Assembly: GCA_026391805.1 (NCBI GenBank)
Contig: JAPLDJ010000024.1
Coordinates: 15,020 to 79,019 of the forward strand
Origin: Bacteroidota bacterium
Lineage (GTDB): Bacteria; Bacteroidota; Bacteroidia; Bacteroidales; FEN-979
Direction of reading: 5' to 3'
DNA length: 64,000 bases
The notes beneath the pieces are model-generated. The model saw only the letters and a program-made list of their open reading frames with translations. It searched no databases and was not told where the DNA came from. This document shows positions 43,201 to 52,154 of the stretch, one piece after another; position 1 is the first letter of the stretch; every line of letters begins with the position of its first letter. A program made the position numbers and the translations under genes.

Positions 43201-43605
43201 CGGATCGATGGTGATGCAGCCGATGGAATAAGCCCCGTAATTGTCAAAGACCGGTTCGAAGGTGGTTCCGTTATTGACGGTCTTCCAGATGTGACCGGAT
43301 GCAGCTGCAACAAACCACCGGTCCGTGTTTTTCGGATCAACGGCAAAATCGGCAATGCGCCCTGAAGTAAAGGCCGGACCGATACTCCTGAATTTCAGTC
43401 CGCCAACCAGGCCTGAATTCATCACGCTGTCTTTCTTCTCTTCTTTCTTTTCTTCTTTCTCTTTCTTTTTTTCCTTCTCTTTTTTCTCTGTTTTCGCTTT
43501 GGGCTCTTTCCCGGAATTGCCTTTCTGCTGTTGTGCAGCCAAAGGCAGTGAAAGCAGGAACACGGCTGCCAGCAGCACGATTCCTCCCGTCCATTTTTGT
43601 TTCAT
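40246..43605 (-). CDS. secreted BNR/Asp-box repeat beta-propeller protein (sortilin/VPS10-like)
   Basis: 1119 aa. Signal peptide, a K/E-rich linker, then at least 9 Asp-boxes (STDGGKSW, SVDGGKTW, STNAGETW, TTDRGASW, SEDGGKTW, SDDRGNTW, TEDAGKNW, STDKGSTW, TVDGGKKW). Confidence 0.8.
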   Translation of the reverse strand: MKQKWTGGIVLLAAVFLLSLPLAAQQQKGNSGKEPKAKTEKKEKEKKKEKEEKKEEKKDSVMNSGLVGGLKFRSIGPAFTSGRIADFAVDPKNTDRWFVAAASGHIWKTVNNGTTFEPVFDNYGAYSIGCITIDPNNPNVIWAGTGERNSQRSLGYGDGVYKSTDGGKSWKNMGLKDSRQTGTIVVDPRNSDVVYVGAEGSVWGPGGDRGLYKSVDGGKTWKKVLEISENTGVKNIIMDPRNPDVLYASAEQRRRHVFTKIGGGPETAIYKSTNAGETWDKLTSGLPSADMGGIGMAISPVNPDVVYAIIEAAEDAGGVYRTTDRGASWQKMSGHVAQGQYYNRIFCDPKNADKLYSVETVAQVSEDGGKTWRQVGNNKRHVDDHAMWIDPANPDHFLIGGDGGVYETYDGAKEFIYKSNLPVTQFYRVQVDNTLPFYYVYGGTQDNNSLGGPSRSVRGEGVLSDDWFVTNGGDGFWSQIDPLDPNIVYAESQYGGMVRYDRKSGEALDIRPEPRKGEDSYKWNWNTPLFISPHSHTRLYCSANKVFRSDDRGNTWQVISDDLTAKIDRNTWPVMGKYWSIDAVQKDISTSLYGTIISLAESPMKENLLYAGTDDGLIQVTEDAGKNWTKMDKFPGIPENTYVSCIFPSRFDENIVFASFDNILRDDFKPYILKSTDKGSTWISISGDLPANGTVHNIQQDFLNPDLLFAGTEFGCFFTVDGGKKWIQLKAGIPTIAVRDMTIQKRETDLVLATFGRGFYILDDYSPLRKINKETLDKEAFIFPVKDALMYIPSDGKYGQGSTVYVAKNPDFGAIFTYYIKDVPKTLKEKRQEKEKELFKKGERIPQPSDADLRAEQNEIAPYLIFTVTDEGGNVVRTIRKSPSKGISRTNWDLRYQSTRMQESGEKYDPLKDNGSGILAMPGKYKVSLALTAAGETKPLADPVEFNAVVLNNTSLPATNRAEMVAFHKRIANLTRVMQGTEDYAGTLYKRVSDILQSLNSTPGASAGLTKKALAIQASLDEILNVKINRRSKRPSNEENPPAPVPLNSRLEKIAYTTWTSTSQPTQLQLDAFQILEDEFPPVYDAIKKIGEMDLPELEKQLEMLNAPPLPGRLPELKK

Positions 43606-43608
43606 CGC

Positions 43609-44655
43609 TTAAGGTTTTATAAGGTTTATGATGTTCTCTTCTGAAGGTTTGATCAGTCCTTTTTCTGTAATGATGCCGGTGATATACTTTGCCGGAGTGA
43701 CATCGAATGCCGGGTTCAGGGCTCCTGAACCTGGCGAGCAGACCCGTATCCGGTGCATCTGCCCGTTATCGTCCGGTCCTTCCTGGAACAGGACCTCATT
43801 CTCATCCCGCTCTTCGATGACGATCACACTGCCGTCCCTGCACTTTATATCAATGGTGGAAGTGGGAGCTGCAATGTAAAAGGGAATGTTGTATTCTTTG
43901 GCCATGATGGCTTTTTCCAGTGTCCCGATCTTGTTGGCGCTGTCGCCGTTCAAGGCGATCCGGTCGGCACCTGTTATGACAAGGTCAATCATTCCCTGCG
44001 ACATAAGATGAGCACCTGCATTGTCGGGAATGATCCTGTGCGGGATGCCTGCCTTGTTCAGTTCCCAGGCCGTAAGCCGGGCTCCCTGGCTGCGCGGCCG
44101 TGTTTCATCCACATAAACAAAAACCGCTTTTCCCCGCTCGCTGGCCACGTAAACAGGAGAGAGGGCCGTACCATGATCCACGAATGCCAGCCATCCGGCA
44201 TTGCAATGCGTCAGTATCTTTGCTCCGTGGGGAATCAGCACATTCCCGATCTCCCCGATCATCCGTGAATCCGCAGCATCCTTGTCGGCGATCCGCTGCG
44301 CCTCTTCAACTGCTTTTTCGCGTGAGACGAGCCCGGCCATAAAAACCCTTTCCGTCGCATAAAATAAATTGCGTGCAGTTGGCCGGGTAGCCTCGATCTC
44401 TTTGCGGGCGTTTTCCGCGAACGGTAACGGATTCTCATCAGGAGCCTGGAGAAAGGCCTGTGCCATGGCAAATCCGGCCATGGCCCCGATGGCGCCGGCG
44501 CCCCTCACGGCCATCGTCTGAATAGCAATACAACTTTCTATATAATTATGGGATTCCCGGATACGGAATTCAAACGGTAGCAGATTCTGTTCAATGAGAA
44601 AGACGGTAGATCCCTCCATCCAAACGGTCCGGTATGTTCTGCCATCAACCTCCAT
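43609..44655 (-). CDS. mtnA: S-methyl-5-thioribose-1-phosphate isomerase (eIF-2B alpha/beta/delta-like family)
   Basis: TMAVRGAGAIG, LTHCNAG (catalytic Cys context) and GADRIALNGDSANKIGT motifs, at 348 aa. Confidence 0.85.
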   Translation of the reverse strand: MEVDGRTYRTVWMEGSTVFLIEQNLLPFEFRIRESHNYIESCIAIQTMAVRGAGAIGAMAGFAMAQAFLQAPDENPLPFAENARKEIEATRPTARNLFYATERVFMAGLVSREKAVEEAQRIADKDAADSRMIGEIGNVLIPHGAKILTHCNAGWLAFVDHGTALSPVYVASERGKAVFVYVDETRPRSQGARLTAWELNKAGIPHRIIPDNAGAHLMSQGMIDLVITGADRIALNGDSANKIGTLEKAIMAKEYNIPFYIAAPTSTIDIKCRDGSVIVIEERDENEVLFQEGPDDNGQMHRIRVCSPGSGALNPAFDVTPAKYITGIITEKGLIKPSEENIINLIKP

Positions 44656-44663
44656 GGTTCCGG

Positions 44664-45305
44664 TTACAGCTTAAATCCCAGGCTCACAACCCACATGTTG
44701 TTGATCGCATTGAGATTATAGGGGTCTCCCATGAGGGTGCCGTCATCGGCTGTAAGCTGTGCCGTTTTGATCATCTGGTTCAGCCCTGCCTGGTAACGGA
44801 TGTCAAGGGTGAGGAAAAGCACATCAAACCCGGTTCCCGCCTGTACATACCAGTTTACTTTGTTGATATCGGCATTCTCGATGGGTCCTAATGGGGAGTT
44901 CATGTCCTTGACCTTCGAATTCACGACGAACGATACCATCGGCCCGGCCATGATCCTCCAGTTGAATACCTTTTTTAAATTGATGATCCTAAACCCGATC
45001 AATGCAGGGATATCAAGCGTCCCGAGGGTGACTTTCTGTTTCCAGTTGTTGGCGGTATTTTCGACGTTGTTCTCAAACGTGCCGCCCTGGAAGGTATAAT
45101 AGATCTCAGGCTGAAAATAAAGCTTACCCCCGATCCGGAAATAGGCGCCGAAATGAAGTCCTGAATTATAGGACGAAACAATGGTATCAATACTGGTTTT
45201 AAGTTTTGATGCATTATAGCCCAGTTTAAGGCCAAAGACGAATTGCCCGAACGTCACGCTGGCCGAGAAAAGGAACAGGAAAAACAGGAGGAAAATCTTT
45301 TTCAT
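44664..45305 (-). CDS. small outer-membrane beta-barrel protein (porin-family/OmpW-PorT-like)
   Basis: Signal peptide MKKIFLLFFLFLFSASVTFGQ, alternating strand pattern, and a terminal VVSLGFKL. Confidence 0.6.
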   Translation of the reverse strand: MKKIFLLFFLFLFSASVTFGQFVFGLKLGYNASKLKTSIDTIVSSYNSGLHFGAYFRIGGKLYFQPEIYYTFQGGTFENNVENTANNWKQKVTLGTLDIPALIGFRIINLKKVFNWRIMAGPMVSFVVNSKVKDMNSPLGPIENADINKVNWYVQAGTGFDVLFLTLDIRYQAGLNQMIKTAQLTADDGTLMGDPYNLNAINNMWVVSLGFKL

Positions 45306-45414
45306 TGAAATGGCGGTTTTCTGTGGAGGAAATAATACACTTCAAATATACTATTATTATTAAGCAGGCAGGAAGAATTGGATGTTTAATTTTTTTGTCT
45401 GGTCGGGCGATATT

Positions 45415-45555
45415 CAACCCCTGCGGGTTGTGATGGCATTCATTTCATTATCCGTTGGTTTCACCAACGGTTATTCACATAAAACCCTTTCAGGGTTTAT
45501 CGGGAGGCAAAGTTCGCAGGACTTGGATATGAATAACCCCCGGTGAAACCGGAGG
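45415..45555. repeat. array of four short REP-like stem-loops
   Basis: CAACCC-CTGC-GGGTTG (45415-45430), CCGTTGG-TTTCA-CCAACGG (45452-45470), AAACCCT-TTC-AGGGTTT (45482-45498) and CCCCCGG-TGAAA-CCGGAGG (45537-45555). The second and fourth share the core GGTTTCACC in opposite orientation. Confidence 0.5.
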
Positions 45556-45563
45556 TTTAAAGA

Positions 45564-46835
45564 TCAGTCGATCATCTCAAAACCAGTGTACTTCACGAGT
45601 GCTGCCGGCATCTTTATCCCTGCAGCCGTCTGGTTATTCTCGAGGAGTGCCGCAACAATCCTGGGTAACGCTAGTGCACTGCCGTTAAGAGTGTGGGCCA
45701 GTTGCGTCTTGCCCGTATCATCCTTGAACCGAAGTTTCATCCGGTTGGACTGGAACGATTCAAAATTCGAAATGGAGCTGACCTCCAGCCACCGTTTCTG
45801 TGCTGCCGACCAGACTTCCATGTCATAGGTCATGGCCGAGGTAAAACTCATGTCGCCGCCGCACAGTTTGACAACCCTGAACGGCAGTTCCAGCATCCGC
45901 AGGAGACCGGAAACGTAGAGCCTCATCTCTTCGAGTACTTCATAGGATTTATCAGGATGGGCAAGCTGAACGACCTCCACCTTGTCGAACTGGTGCAGAC
46001 GGTTCAAACCGCGCACATCTTTCCCGTAGGAGCCGGCTTCCCTTCGGAAACAGCTGGAATAGGCTACGTTCTTCACCGGGAAATCACTTTCCTTCAGGAT
46101 CACATCGCGGTAAAGATTGGTAACGGGAACCTCTGCAGTCGGGATCAGGTAAAGGTCGTCCACCGGGGCGTAGTACATCTGTCCGTCCTTGTCGGGAAGT
46201 TGCCCGGTGCCGTAACCGGATGCGGCATTTACAAGGTATGGCGGCTGGATCTCCTCGTAACCCGCCTGAATGGCCTGGTCGAGGAAGAAATTGATCAGGG
46301 CCCGTTGCAGCCGTGCAACTTTTCCTTTGTATACCGGGAATCCGGCACCCGAGATCTTGTTGCCAAGGGCAAAATCGATCAGGTTGTATTTTGCAGCCAG
46401 GTCCCAGTGCGGAACCGCATCGTCGGCCAGAACCGGGAAGTCCCCTTCCTGTTGTACGATCTCATTGTCTTCCGGGGTTGTTCCGGGAGGTATTGAAGGG
46501 TGGGGAAGGTTCGGCACCTTGACCAGGACCTCCTCCAGCTCTTTCTTCGTCGCTTCGAAAGTGACGCTGAGTTCCTTTGCCAGTTCTTTTAATTCGGATG
46601 TTTTTTCTTTCAGGAGGTTGCCCTCCTCCGTCTTTCCGGCCTTGAAAAGGTTACCGATCTCCCGGGCCAGGGAGTTGCTCTGGGCAAGATTGTCATCCAG
46701 CATCTTCTGGGTCTCTTTCCGCTTGTCATCAAGGGCGATGATGGTAAAAATGAGTTCCCTGGCATCAAAGTTCTTGATCGCGAGACGGCGGATGATCTCT
46801 TCCGGGTTCTCGCGGATCGTTTGTAATACGAGCAT
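45564..46835 (-). CDS. serS: seryl-tRNA synthetase
   Basis: N-terminal coiled-coil arm and class II motifs (SSCFRREAGSYGKDVRGLNRLHQF, GSALALPRIVAALLEN), at 423 aa. Confidence 0.95.
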   Translation of the reverse strand: MLVLQTIRENPEEIIRRLAIKNFDARELIFTIIALDDKRKETQKMLDDNLAQSNSLAREIGNLFKAGKTEEGNLLKEKTSELKELAKELSVTFEATKKELEEVLVKVPNLPHPSIPPGTTPEDNEIVQQEGDFPVLADDAVPHWDLAAKYNLIDFALGNKISGAGFPVYKGKVARLQRALINFFLDQAIQAGYEEIQPPYLVNAASGYGTGQLPDKDGQMYYAPVDDLYLIPTAEVPVTNLYRDVILKESDFPVKNVAYSSCFRREAGSYGKDVRGLNRLHQFDKVEVVQLAHPDKSYEVLEEMRLYVSGLLRMLELPFRVVKLCGGDMSFTSAMTYDMEVWSAAQKRWLEVSSISNFESFQSNRMKLRFKDDTGKTQLAHTLNGSALALPRIVAALLENNQTAAGIKMPAALVKYTGFEMID

Positions 46836-46911
46836 TGTTCTGAATTTTTATACAACAAAAGTAATGAATTCCCGCGGAAAACCGTTCCCTGAAAAGCCCT
46901 CCGGAAGAAAT

Positions 46912-46939
46912 AAAAAATCCCGGGCTGCCGGGCCCGGGA
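46912..46939 (-). terminator. rho-independent terminator of rplU-rpmA
   Basis: On the minus strand: TCCCGGGC, 6-nt loop, GCCCGGGA (8-bp GC stem), followed by TTTTTT. It lies 35 nt after the rpmA stop. Confidence 0.7.
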
Positions 46940-46973
46940 AATCAGAAACGAAAACAATGAAAAATACCTTTTT

Positions 46974-47240
46974 TTAATTGGAAGGTTCGAGCGGAGTAAC
47001 AGAAACAAAAGAACGGTGTTTCTGCTCTTTTCTAAATTCAACGATCCCGTCGATCAGTGCAAACAGCGTATGGTCCTTGCCAATCCCGACATTCAGTCCG
47101 GGATTGTGAACGGTACCGCGCTGGCGCACGATGATACTTCCCGATTTGGCAAATTGCCCGCCATAGATCTTAACGCCCAAGCGTTTGCTGTGTGATTCAC
47201 GTCCGTTACTGGAACTACCAGCACCTTTTTTGTGTGCCAT
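46974..47240 (-). CDS. rpmA: 50S ribosomal protein L27
   Basis: [24 protein letters not shown]..., 88 aa. Confidence 0.95.
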   Translation of the reverse strand: MAHKKGAGSSSNGRESHSKRLGVKIYGGQFAKSGSIIVRQRGTVHNPGLNVGIGKDHTLFALIDGIVEFRKEQKHRSFVSVTPLEPSN

Positions 47241-47295
47241 ATCAATTCAGATTTTTTCTTAATAATCAATTTAACTGAAGCCCGTAGTCAGGAAA

Positions 47296-47664
47296 TTATT
47301 CTGCGGCTGGTGCTTCTTCTTCTTTCTTTGCCTTTTTCTCTTTTGCTGCGCCCTTGTGGGAGATCGCTTCGATCAGGATCTTGCTGAAGTCCTGGCGATG
47401 GCCGCTCTCCTTCTGGAATCCCTTTCTCCTTTTCTTCTTGAAAACTATCACTTTATCTCCCCTGGCATGCTCCAGTACCTTACCGGTAACCTTGGTTCCT
47501 TCCACATGGGGCGTACCAATGGTGATCTTTCCGTTGTTGTCGACCAGCAACACTTCATTGAATTCCACCGGGGTTCCAGGTTCGGCCTCCAGACGATGCA
47601 CAAAGATCTCATCATTCTTCTGAACCTTAAACTGCTGGCCGGCTATTTCGACGATTGCGTACAT
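47296..47664 (-). CDS. rplU: 50S ribosomal protein L21 (with K/E/A-rich C-terminal tail)
   Basis: MYAIVEIAGQQFKV... core, plus the tail KGAAKEKKAKKEEEAPAAE. A TACATTTG box (plus-strand CAAATGTA, 47702-47709) lies 37 nt upstream. Confidence 0.95.
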   Translation of the reverse strand: MYAIVEIAGQQFKVQKNDEIFVHRLEAEPGTPVEFNEVLLVDNNGKITIGTPHVEGTKVTGKVLEHARGDKVIVFKKKRRKGFQKESGHRQDFSKILIEAISHKGAAKEKKAKKEEEAPAAE

Positions 47665-47780
47665 TTTATATTGTATTGAGTTTCTTCAAATTTTGGGAGT
47701 GCAAATGTAGAAATTATTTTTGATTTACAAACGATTTCGTTGTAAAAAACTCATGATATGGTCTCCGGGCTATTAAAAAA

Positions 47781-47887
47781 TTTCACGCAAAGGCCGCAAA
47801 GACCTGCCGCAAAGACCGCAAAGAGTTTATTGGGAAGATATTATATTTTGCGCCCTTTGCGCAATCCTTAGCGTTCTTTGCGTGAAA
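47781..47887. repeat. long hairpin element, GCAAAG family (copy 2)
   Basis: TTTCACGCAAAGGCCGCAAAGACCTGCCGCAAAGACCGCAAAGAG, loop, then TTTTGCGCCCTTTGCGCAATCCTTAGCGTTCTTTGCGTGAAA. The flank CTATCTTTTGAAAC resembles the flank of copy 3. Confidence 0.7.
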
Positions 47888-47935
47888 CTATCTTTTGAAA
47901 CCGCTCTTTTTCAGACAACTTTATGCGTTTTTCTG

Positions 47936-47943
47936 TATCTTTG
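47936..47943 (+). promoter_or_regulatory. candidate -7 box (TATCTTTG) for T9SS cargo gene A
   Basis: Exact match 50 nt upstream of ATG 47994. It lies inside the track's TTG-started extension, which supports 47994 as the start. Confidence 0.4.
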
Positions 47944-47993
47944 TAAGAGCGACTACGTATAAGAGTCTACATAGGTTTACCTATTGTAATGCC

Positions 47994-50900
47994 ATGAACA
48001 ATACCTCAACCAGGCTGCTTGTTTATAAGGAGTTACTGGTTTCTGTATTTTTTCTTTTGGTGACGGGATGTTTCGGACAAACTACCGCCACCCTGAATGG
48101 TATTGTAACAAACAGCCTCACCGGATTGCCTGTGATCGGAGCCACCATAACCGTGGGGACGCACAGCACCGGTTCCGTTTCAGGGGGAATCTATTCTCTG
48201 ACCATCGACCCTGCCGGGACCTATCCGGTAGCTTGTACCAAGGCCGGTTATGAAAATTTCCTTTCCGTCCCGATGACATTTGCTCCCGGTTCATCCAGCA
48301 CGCTTCCCATCGCCCTTTCCGAAAGTCTGAATCCGCCCGCCCTCGTTTCCGCTGTGCTCGATTCAGCGGCCTCTCCTCCGGCGGTGAACATTACCTGGCA
48401 GGTCCCGAGGGGGCCTTACGAGATCCTTTACGATGACGGGATCATGGACAATTTTACCGTATGGGCGGTCCAGGGAAACATGAATGCAGTGAAGTTCACA
48501 CCGGCCGGTTATCCTGCAATGGTCACAGGCGGCAGGGTCAACATCGGAACGGCGGCAAACTATCCGCCCGGCAGTATTGCCTTTGTTCCGTTCCAGGTCT
48601 CGGTTTACGATGCAACAGGTCCGGGCGGTACACCCGGAACAAAGATCGGGGGACCGGTCGATGTGATCCCTGCCGATTTCGGGTGGATCGATTTTACATT
48701 TTCTTCCCCGACCCAGATCAACGGCGGGAGCTTTTACCTGGTGATGATCCAGGGAGGCAATGCCCCGAATGCCACCGGGCTGGCCATCGATGAAACCAAC
48801 CCGCAGTTCAGGAGCTATTCGCGTTTTGTCACCTCCGGGAATTATCCATGGATTCCTGCTTCCGGGAACTTCCTCATGCGCGCGCTCGTAAACGGCCCCG
48901 GCGGTCCCATGATGATGACGGATGCCCCTGCAGGTATTACAGTATACACTGTCTCCAGGCTCAGGCAGGGCGAAGAGCAAAACCCGGCGATCTGGACCCT
49001 CCTTGGCGCTGTCGCCTCCACAAACCTGGCCGATAATAACTGGATCGCTCTTCCCTGCGGACCTTACCGCTGGGCCGTGAGGGCCAACTATACCGGCAAC
49101 CGCACCTCTCCCGATTCCTTTTCGAATGTGATCGGAAAATGCTGGATTGTCAATACCACCGTACATGTTACCCTGAGCTGCGATTCAGCACCGAAGACCG
49201 GGATCACCGTACGGCTCAGCAACCTTGTTTATCCCGATACCCTCTATGAAAAACCGGCGGATACAACCGGAACGGCCTGCTTCACGCATTTCTGGAAAGG
49301 ATCCTACCAGCTCAAGGTCAGCCGGTTCGGGTACCAGGATTTTATTCAGAACGTCAGCATCAGCACCGATAGCACCCTTACGGTATTTCTCCTCCAGACC
49401 AAGACTGCACCTTCCGCCATGATGGTCAACGACAGCAATCTCATCGCTCACTGGAATAAACCGGTCAGCTCCGTTGAACTGTTCCGTGAAACCTGGCAGA
49501 GCGGCAGTTTTACGACCAACGACTGGACCGTTCAGGGACCTAACTGGGGAGTCTCTTCGGCCATCGGGAAACCGATGCCTTCAGCCATGTTTAGCTGGTC
49601 GCCACCCGCCACAAATTATGAGCAATCCATCGTAAGCAAACCGATCACGGGCCGGTCTTCTCCCATCCTCAGGCTGCATTATGATGTTTTCCTGGATAAT
49701 TATGGTACCACCTCGCTGAACCAGCTTGCCGTAGAACTTTGGGACGGGGCCACCTGGCACCTTCTGAGGAATTATAACAATCAGCTTGGCAGCATCCCCT
49801 GGACATCCCAGGACCTCGACATTTCGGCATACAGCAGCACTACCTTCAGGATCCGTTTCCGGGCCTATGGCGTGGATTCCTATGATATCAATAACTGGAA
49901 TATCGATAACATCGTGGTTACAGGCACCGAATCGTCTGCCATTGCCGGTGACTGTATCCTGGGTTACAATGTATTCCTCGACAACATCCTGCTCGGTTTT
50001 ACGCCTGATACCATCTATCCGGTCCCGCCTTCCATGGTTCAGTATGGAAATTCATACACCGCCTGTGTTGCAGCTATCTATGGCAGCGGTTCTTCAGGAC
50101 AGAATTGCTATACATTTATGTCGCGGTATCTTGTTCCGCCCGGAAACCTGCATGGCACCGCGATTGATGACGTTGCCTTCCTTACCTGGGATCAGCCGTC
50201 ACGTATGATGGAATCCCATTCCTCTCCAAATACTGCAGCACCCGGGCTTTCAGGTTATATTCTATACCGCGACGGCGCTTTTCTTGATTCAGTGAAAAAT
50301 GCAGATACCACTTTTTATTATGACCTTGGCCTCTATCCCGGATCCTATTCCTACAAAGTGACCTCCCTGTACGATCTGGCATCTTACGGTTACCCGGGTC
50401 AGTTTGCGCAATCCTATCCGGCCGGACCAGTTACAGTGGACATTAATTATGGACTTCACCTTCCTTTTTCTGAACCCTGGGACCAGGGCAATTTTGCTTA
50501 CCACAGCTGGAGCTTTGCTCCGGATACCGGAAACTGGTCGGTCAACCTTAACCTGGGAAATCCTGCCCCGGGCGCCCAGTTTTCATGGGAACCGCCGAGG
50601 ACAAACTATTCCTATTCGCTCGTAAGCCCTATTCTGAATGCCTCCAGCCTTGAATGTTCGAACATCTGGCTGAATTTTGACTACCGCCTGCTGGATCATA
50701 ATCCAACGGGTAATGAAAAGCTATCAGCTGAACTCTTCTATAACAACGACTGGCATCCTGTTTCAGAGTTTTCCAACCAGGGTAATACGGGATGGATTCA
50801 GCAGCACATCGATATCACACCGGTGAAGGGCAAGGCATTCCGGGTCCGGTTCCGGGCTTACGGGAACAACACCGAAGACCTCATCAACTGGAGTGTTGAC

Positions 50901-51980
50901 AATATTGATGTTTATGGCATATGCAGGCCGCCTCAACACCTGGTGGCGGATACTTCCGGCTATAACAATGTCCGCCTGACCTGGTCTTCTCCTGTCTGTG
51001 AAGACGGATACCCCCTGAACGAAGGGTTTGAAGAAGCTGACTTTCCTCCGCCGGGCTGGGCACAGACAGTTACCAATAGTAATGATGTAACCTGGAAACA
51101 TGTCACGAGCGCCATCCCGCAGGGTGTTCATTCGGGCGCCTATGCGGCCGGACTCACCTGGGACTACGTCCACCAGGATGAATGGCTGATCGCAAAAAAC
51201 ATTGAGATCACCGGCGACCTGACCTTCTGGAGTTATGCATTCCAGGGTTCAGTGCATCTTGACCATTATTATGTCAAGCTCTCCGAAGACCAGGGAAACC
51301 ACTGGCAGATCCTTTTGGATATGTCTGCACTTCCGGCTTATCCTTCCGTGTCGGGATACAATGAATGGGCTACTCCTTATTCGATCGACCTTTCATCACA
51401 CGTCGGCCAGGTGGCAGATCTCGCATGGCAGGCCGTGGATGGAGACGGACAGGGCTTGTGGTACGCATGGATCATCGACGACTGTTCAGTTGCTTCAAAG
51501 AAGATCATGCCTGTGAAATACACAGCGCCTCCATCCGCCTATAACATCTACCGCCAGGATGCAGGCAATGGCAGCTTCAACCTGATCAACAGCACACCCG
51601 TTCAGGATACCACATACCTTGATCAGGGATTGCCGTCGACCATCTATCGCTATTATGTCACATCCTATAATCAGGATTGTTCAGTTTCAACACCCTCCGA
51701 TACTGCCCTTATCAATGTCGTGGCAGGAATTTCATCTATAAATCCCGGGACCCTGAAGGTGTTTCCAAACCCGGCCTCTTCCATAATGACCATTCAATCC
51801 TCAAAGGAAATTCTCTCTGTAAAATTGTTCAATTATGCAGGACAGGAAGAATTACGGCTGACCGGAACCGGACAATATCAGGAAATCATTCGTGTTGCAG
51901 ATTTTCCTTCAGGGATCTATATCATCAGGGTGACTACCCGTACAGGTGTGAGTTCTGTGAAAGTTGCCGTTGCGCACTGA
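47994..51980 (+). CDS. large T9SS-sorted surface protein (CarboxypepD_reg-like + jelly-roll/MAM- or cleaved-adhesin-like modules + Por C-terminal domain), paralog A
   Basis: Signal peptide LLVSVFFLLVTGCFGQ. A TLNGIVTN...GIYSL carboxypeptidase-regulatory-like domain. Two modules ending F(R/K)(I/V)RFRAYG....(I/L)NW..DNI.V.G. One EGFEE..FPPPGW module (choice-of-anchor-J/cleaved-adhesin-like). C-terminal LKVFPNPASS...GIYIIRVTT...VKVAVAH sorting domain. Confidence 0.8.
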   Translation: MNNTSTRLLVYKELLVSVFFLLVTGCFGQTTATLNGIVTNSLTGLPVIGATITVGTHSTGSVSGGIYSLTIDPAGTYPVACTKAGYENFLSVPMTFAPGSSSTLPIALSESLNPPALVSAVLDSAASPPAVNITWQVPRGPYEILYDDGIMDNFTVWAVQGNMNAVKFTPAGYPAMVTGGRVNIGTAANYPPGSIAFVPFQVSVYDATGPGGTPGTKIGGPVDVIPADFGWIDFTFSSPTQINGGSFYLVMIQGGNAPNATGLAIDETNPQFRSYSRFVTSGNYPWIPASGNFLMRALVNGPGGPMMMTDAPAGITVYTVSRLRQGEEQNPAIWTLLGAVASTNLADNNWIALPCGPYRWAVRANYTGNRTSPDSFSNVIGKCWIVNTTVHVTLSCDSAPKTGITVRLSNLVYPDTLYEKPADTTGTACFTHFWKGSYQLKVSRFGYQDFIQNVSISTDSTLTVFLLQTKTAPSAMMVNDSNLIAHWNKPVSSVELFRETWQSGSFTTNDWTVQGPNWGVSSAIGKPMPSAMFSWSPPATNYEQSIVSKPITGRSSPILRLHYDVFLDNYGTTSLNQLAVELWDGATWHLLRNYNNQLGSIPWTSQDLDISAYSSTTFRIRFRAYGVDSYDINNWNIDNIVVTGTESSAIAGDCILGYNVFLDNILLGFTPDTIYPVPPSMVQYGNSYTACVAAIYGSGSSGQNCYTFMSRYLVPPGNLHGTAIDDVAFLTWDQPSRMMESHSSPNTAAPGLSGYILYRDGAFLDSVKNADTTFYYDLGLYPGSYSYKVTSLYDLASYGYPGQFAQSYPAGPVTVDINYGLHLPFSEPWDQGNFAYHSWSFAPDTGNWSVNLNLGNPAPGAQFSWEPPRTNYSYSLVSPILNASSLECSNIWLNFDYRLLDHNPTGNEKLSAELFYNNDWHPVSEFSNQGNTGWIQQHIDITPVKGKAFRVRFRAYGNNTEDLINWSVDNIDVYGICRPPQHLVADTSGYNNVRLTWSSPVCEDGYPLNEGFEEADFPPPGWAQTVTNSNDVTWKHVTSAIPQGVHSGAYAAGLTWDYVHQDEWLIAKNIEITGDLTFWSYAFQGSVHLDHYYVKLSEDQGNHWQILLDMSALPAYPSVSGYNEWATPYSIDLSSHVGQVADLAWQAVDGDGQGLWYAWIIDDCSVASKKIMPVKYTAPPSAYNIYRQDAGNGSFNLINSTPVQDTTYLDQGLPSTIYRYYVTSYNQDCSVSTPSDTALINVVAGISSINPGTLKVFPNPASSIMTIQSSKEILSVKLFNYAGQEELRLTGTGQYQEIIRVADFPSGIYIIRVTTRTGVSSVKVAVAH

Positions 51981-52023
51981 GATTTTCTCTTGCCTGATCT
52001 TTTCATTATTTCTGTTTTATGAT

Positions 52024-52031
52024 TATATTTG
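52024..52031 (+). promoter_or_regulatory. candidate -7 box (TATATTTG) upstream of truncated paralog B'
   Basis: Exact match 123 nt upstream of ATG 52155. The spacing is similar to the box upstream of paralog B. Confidence 0.35.
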
Positions 52032-52154
52032 ATGGATCAATTTTTAACCAGGATAAGTTTTGGTGAAAAATCACCTTATTTAATATACCTCAATTAATCA
52101 TATTATCAGGTCCTCTATATATTCATTCCTGAACGATCAAAACTTTCTGACCTT

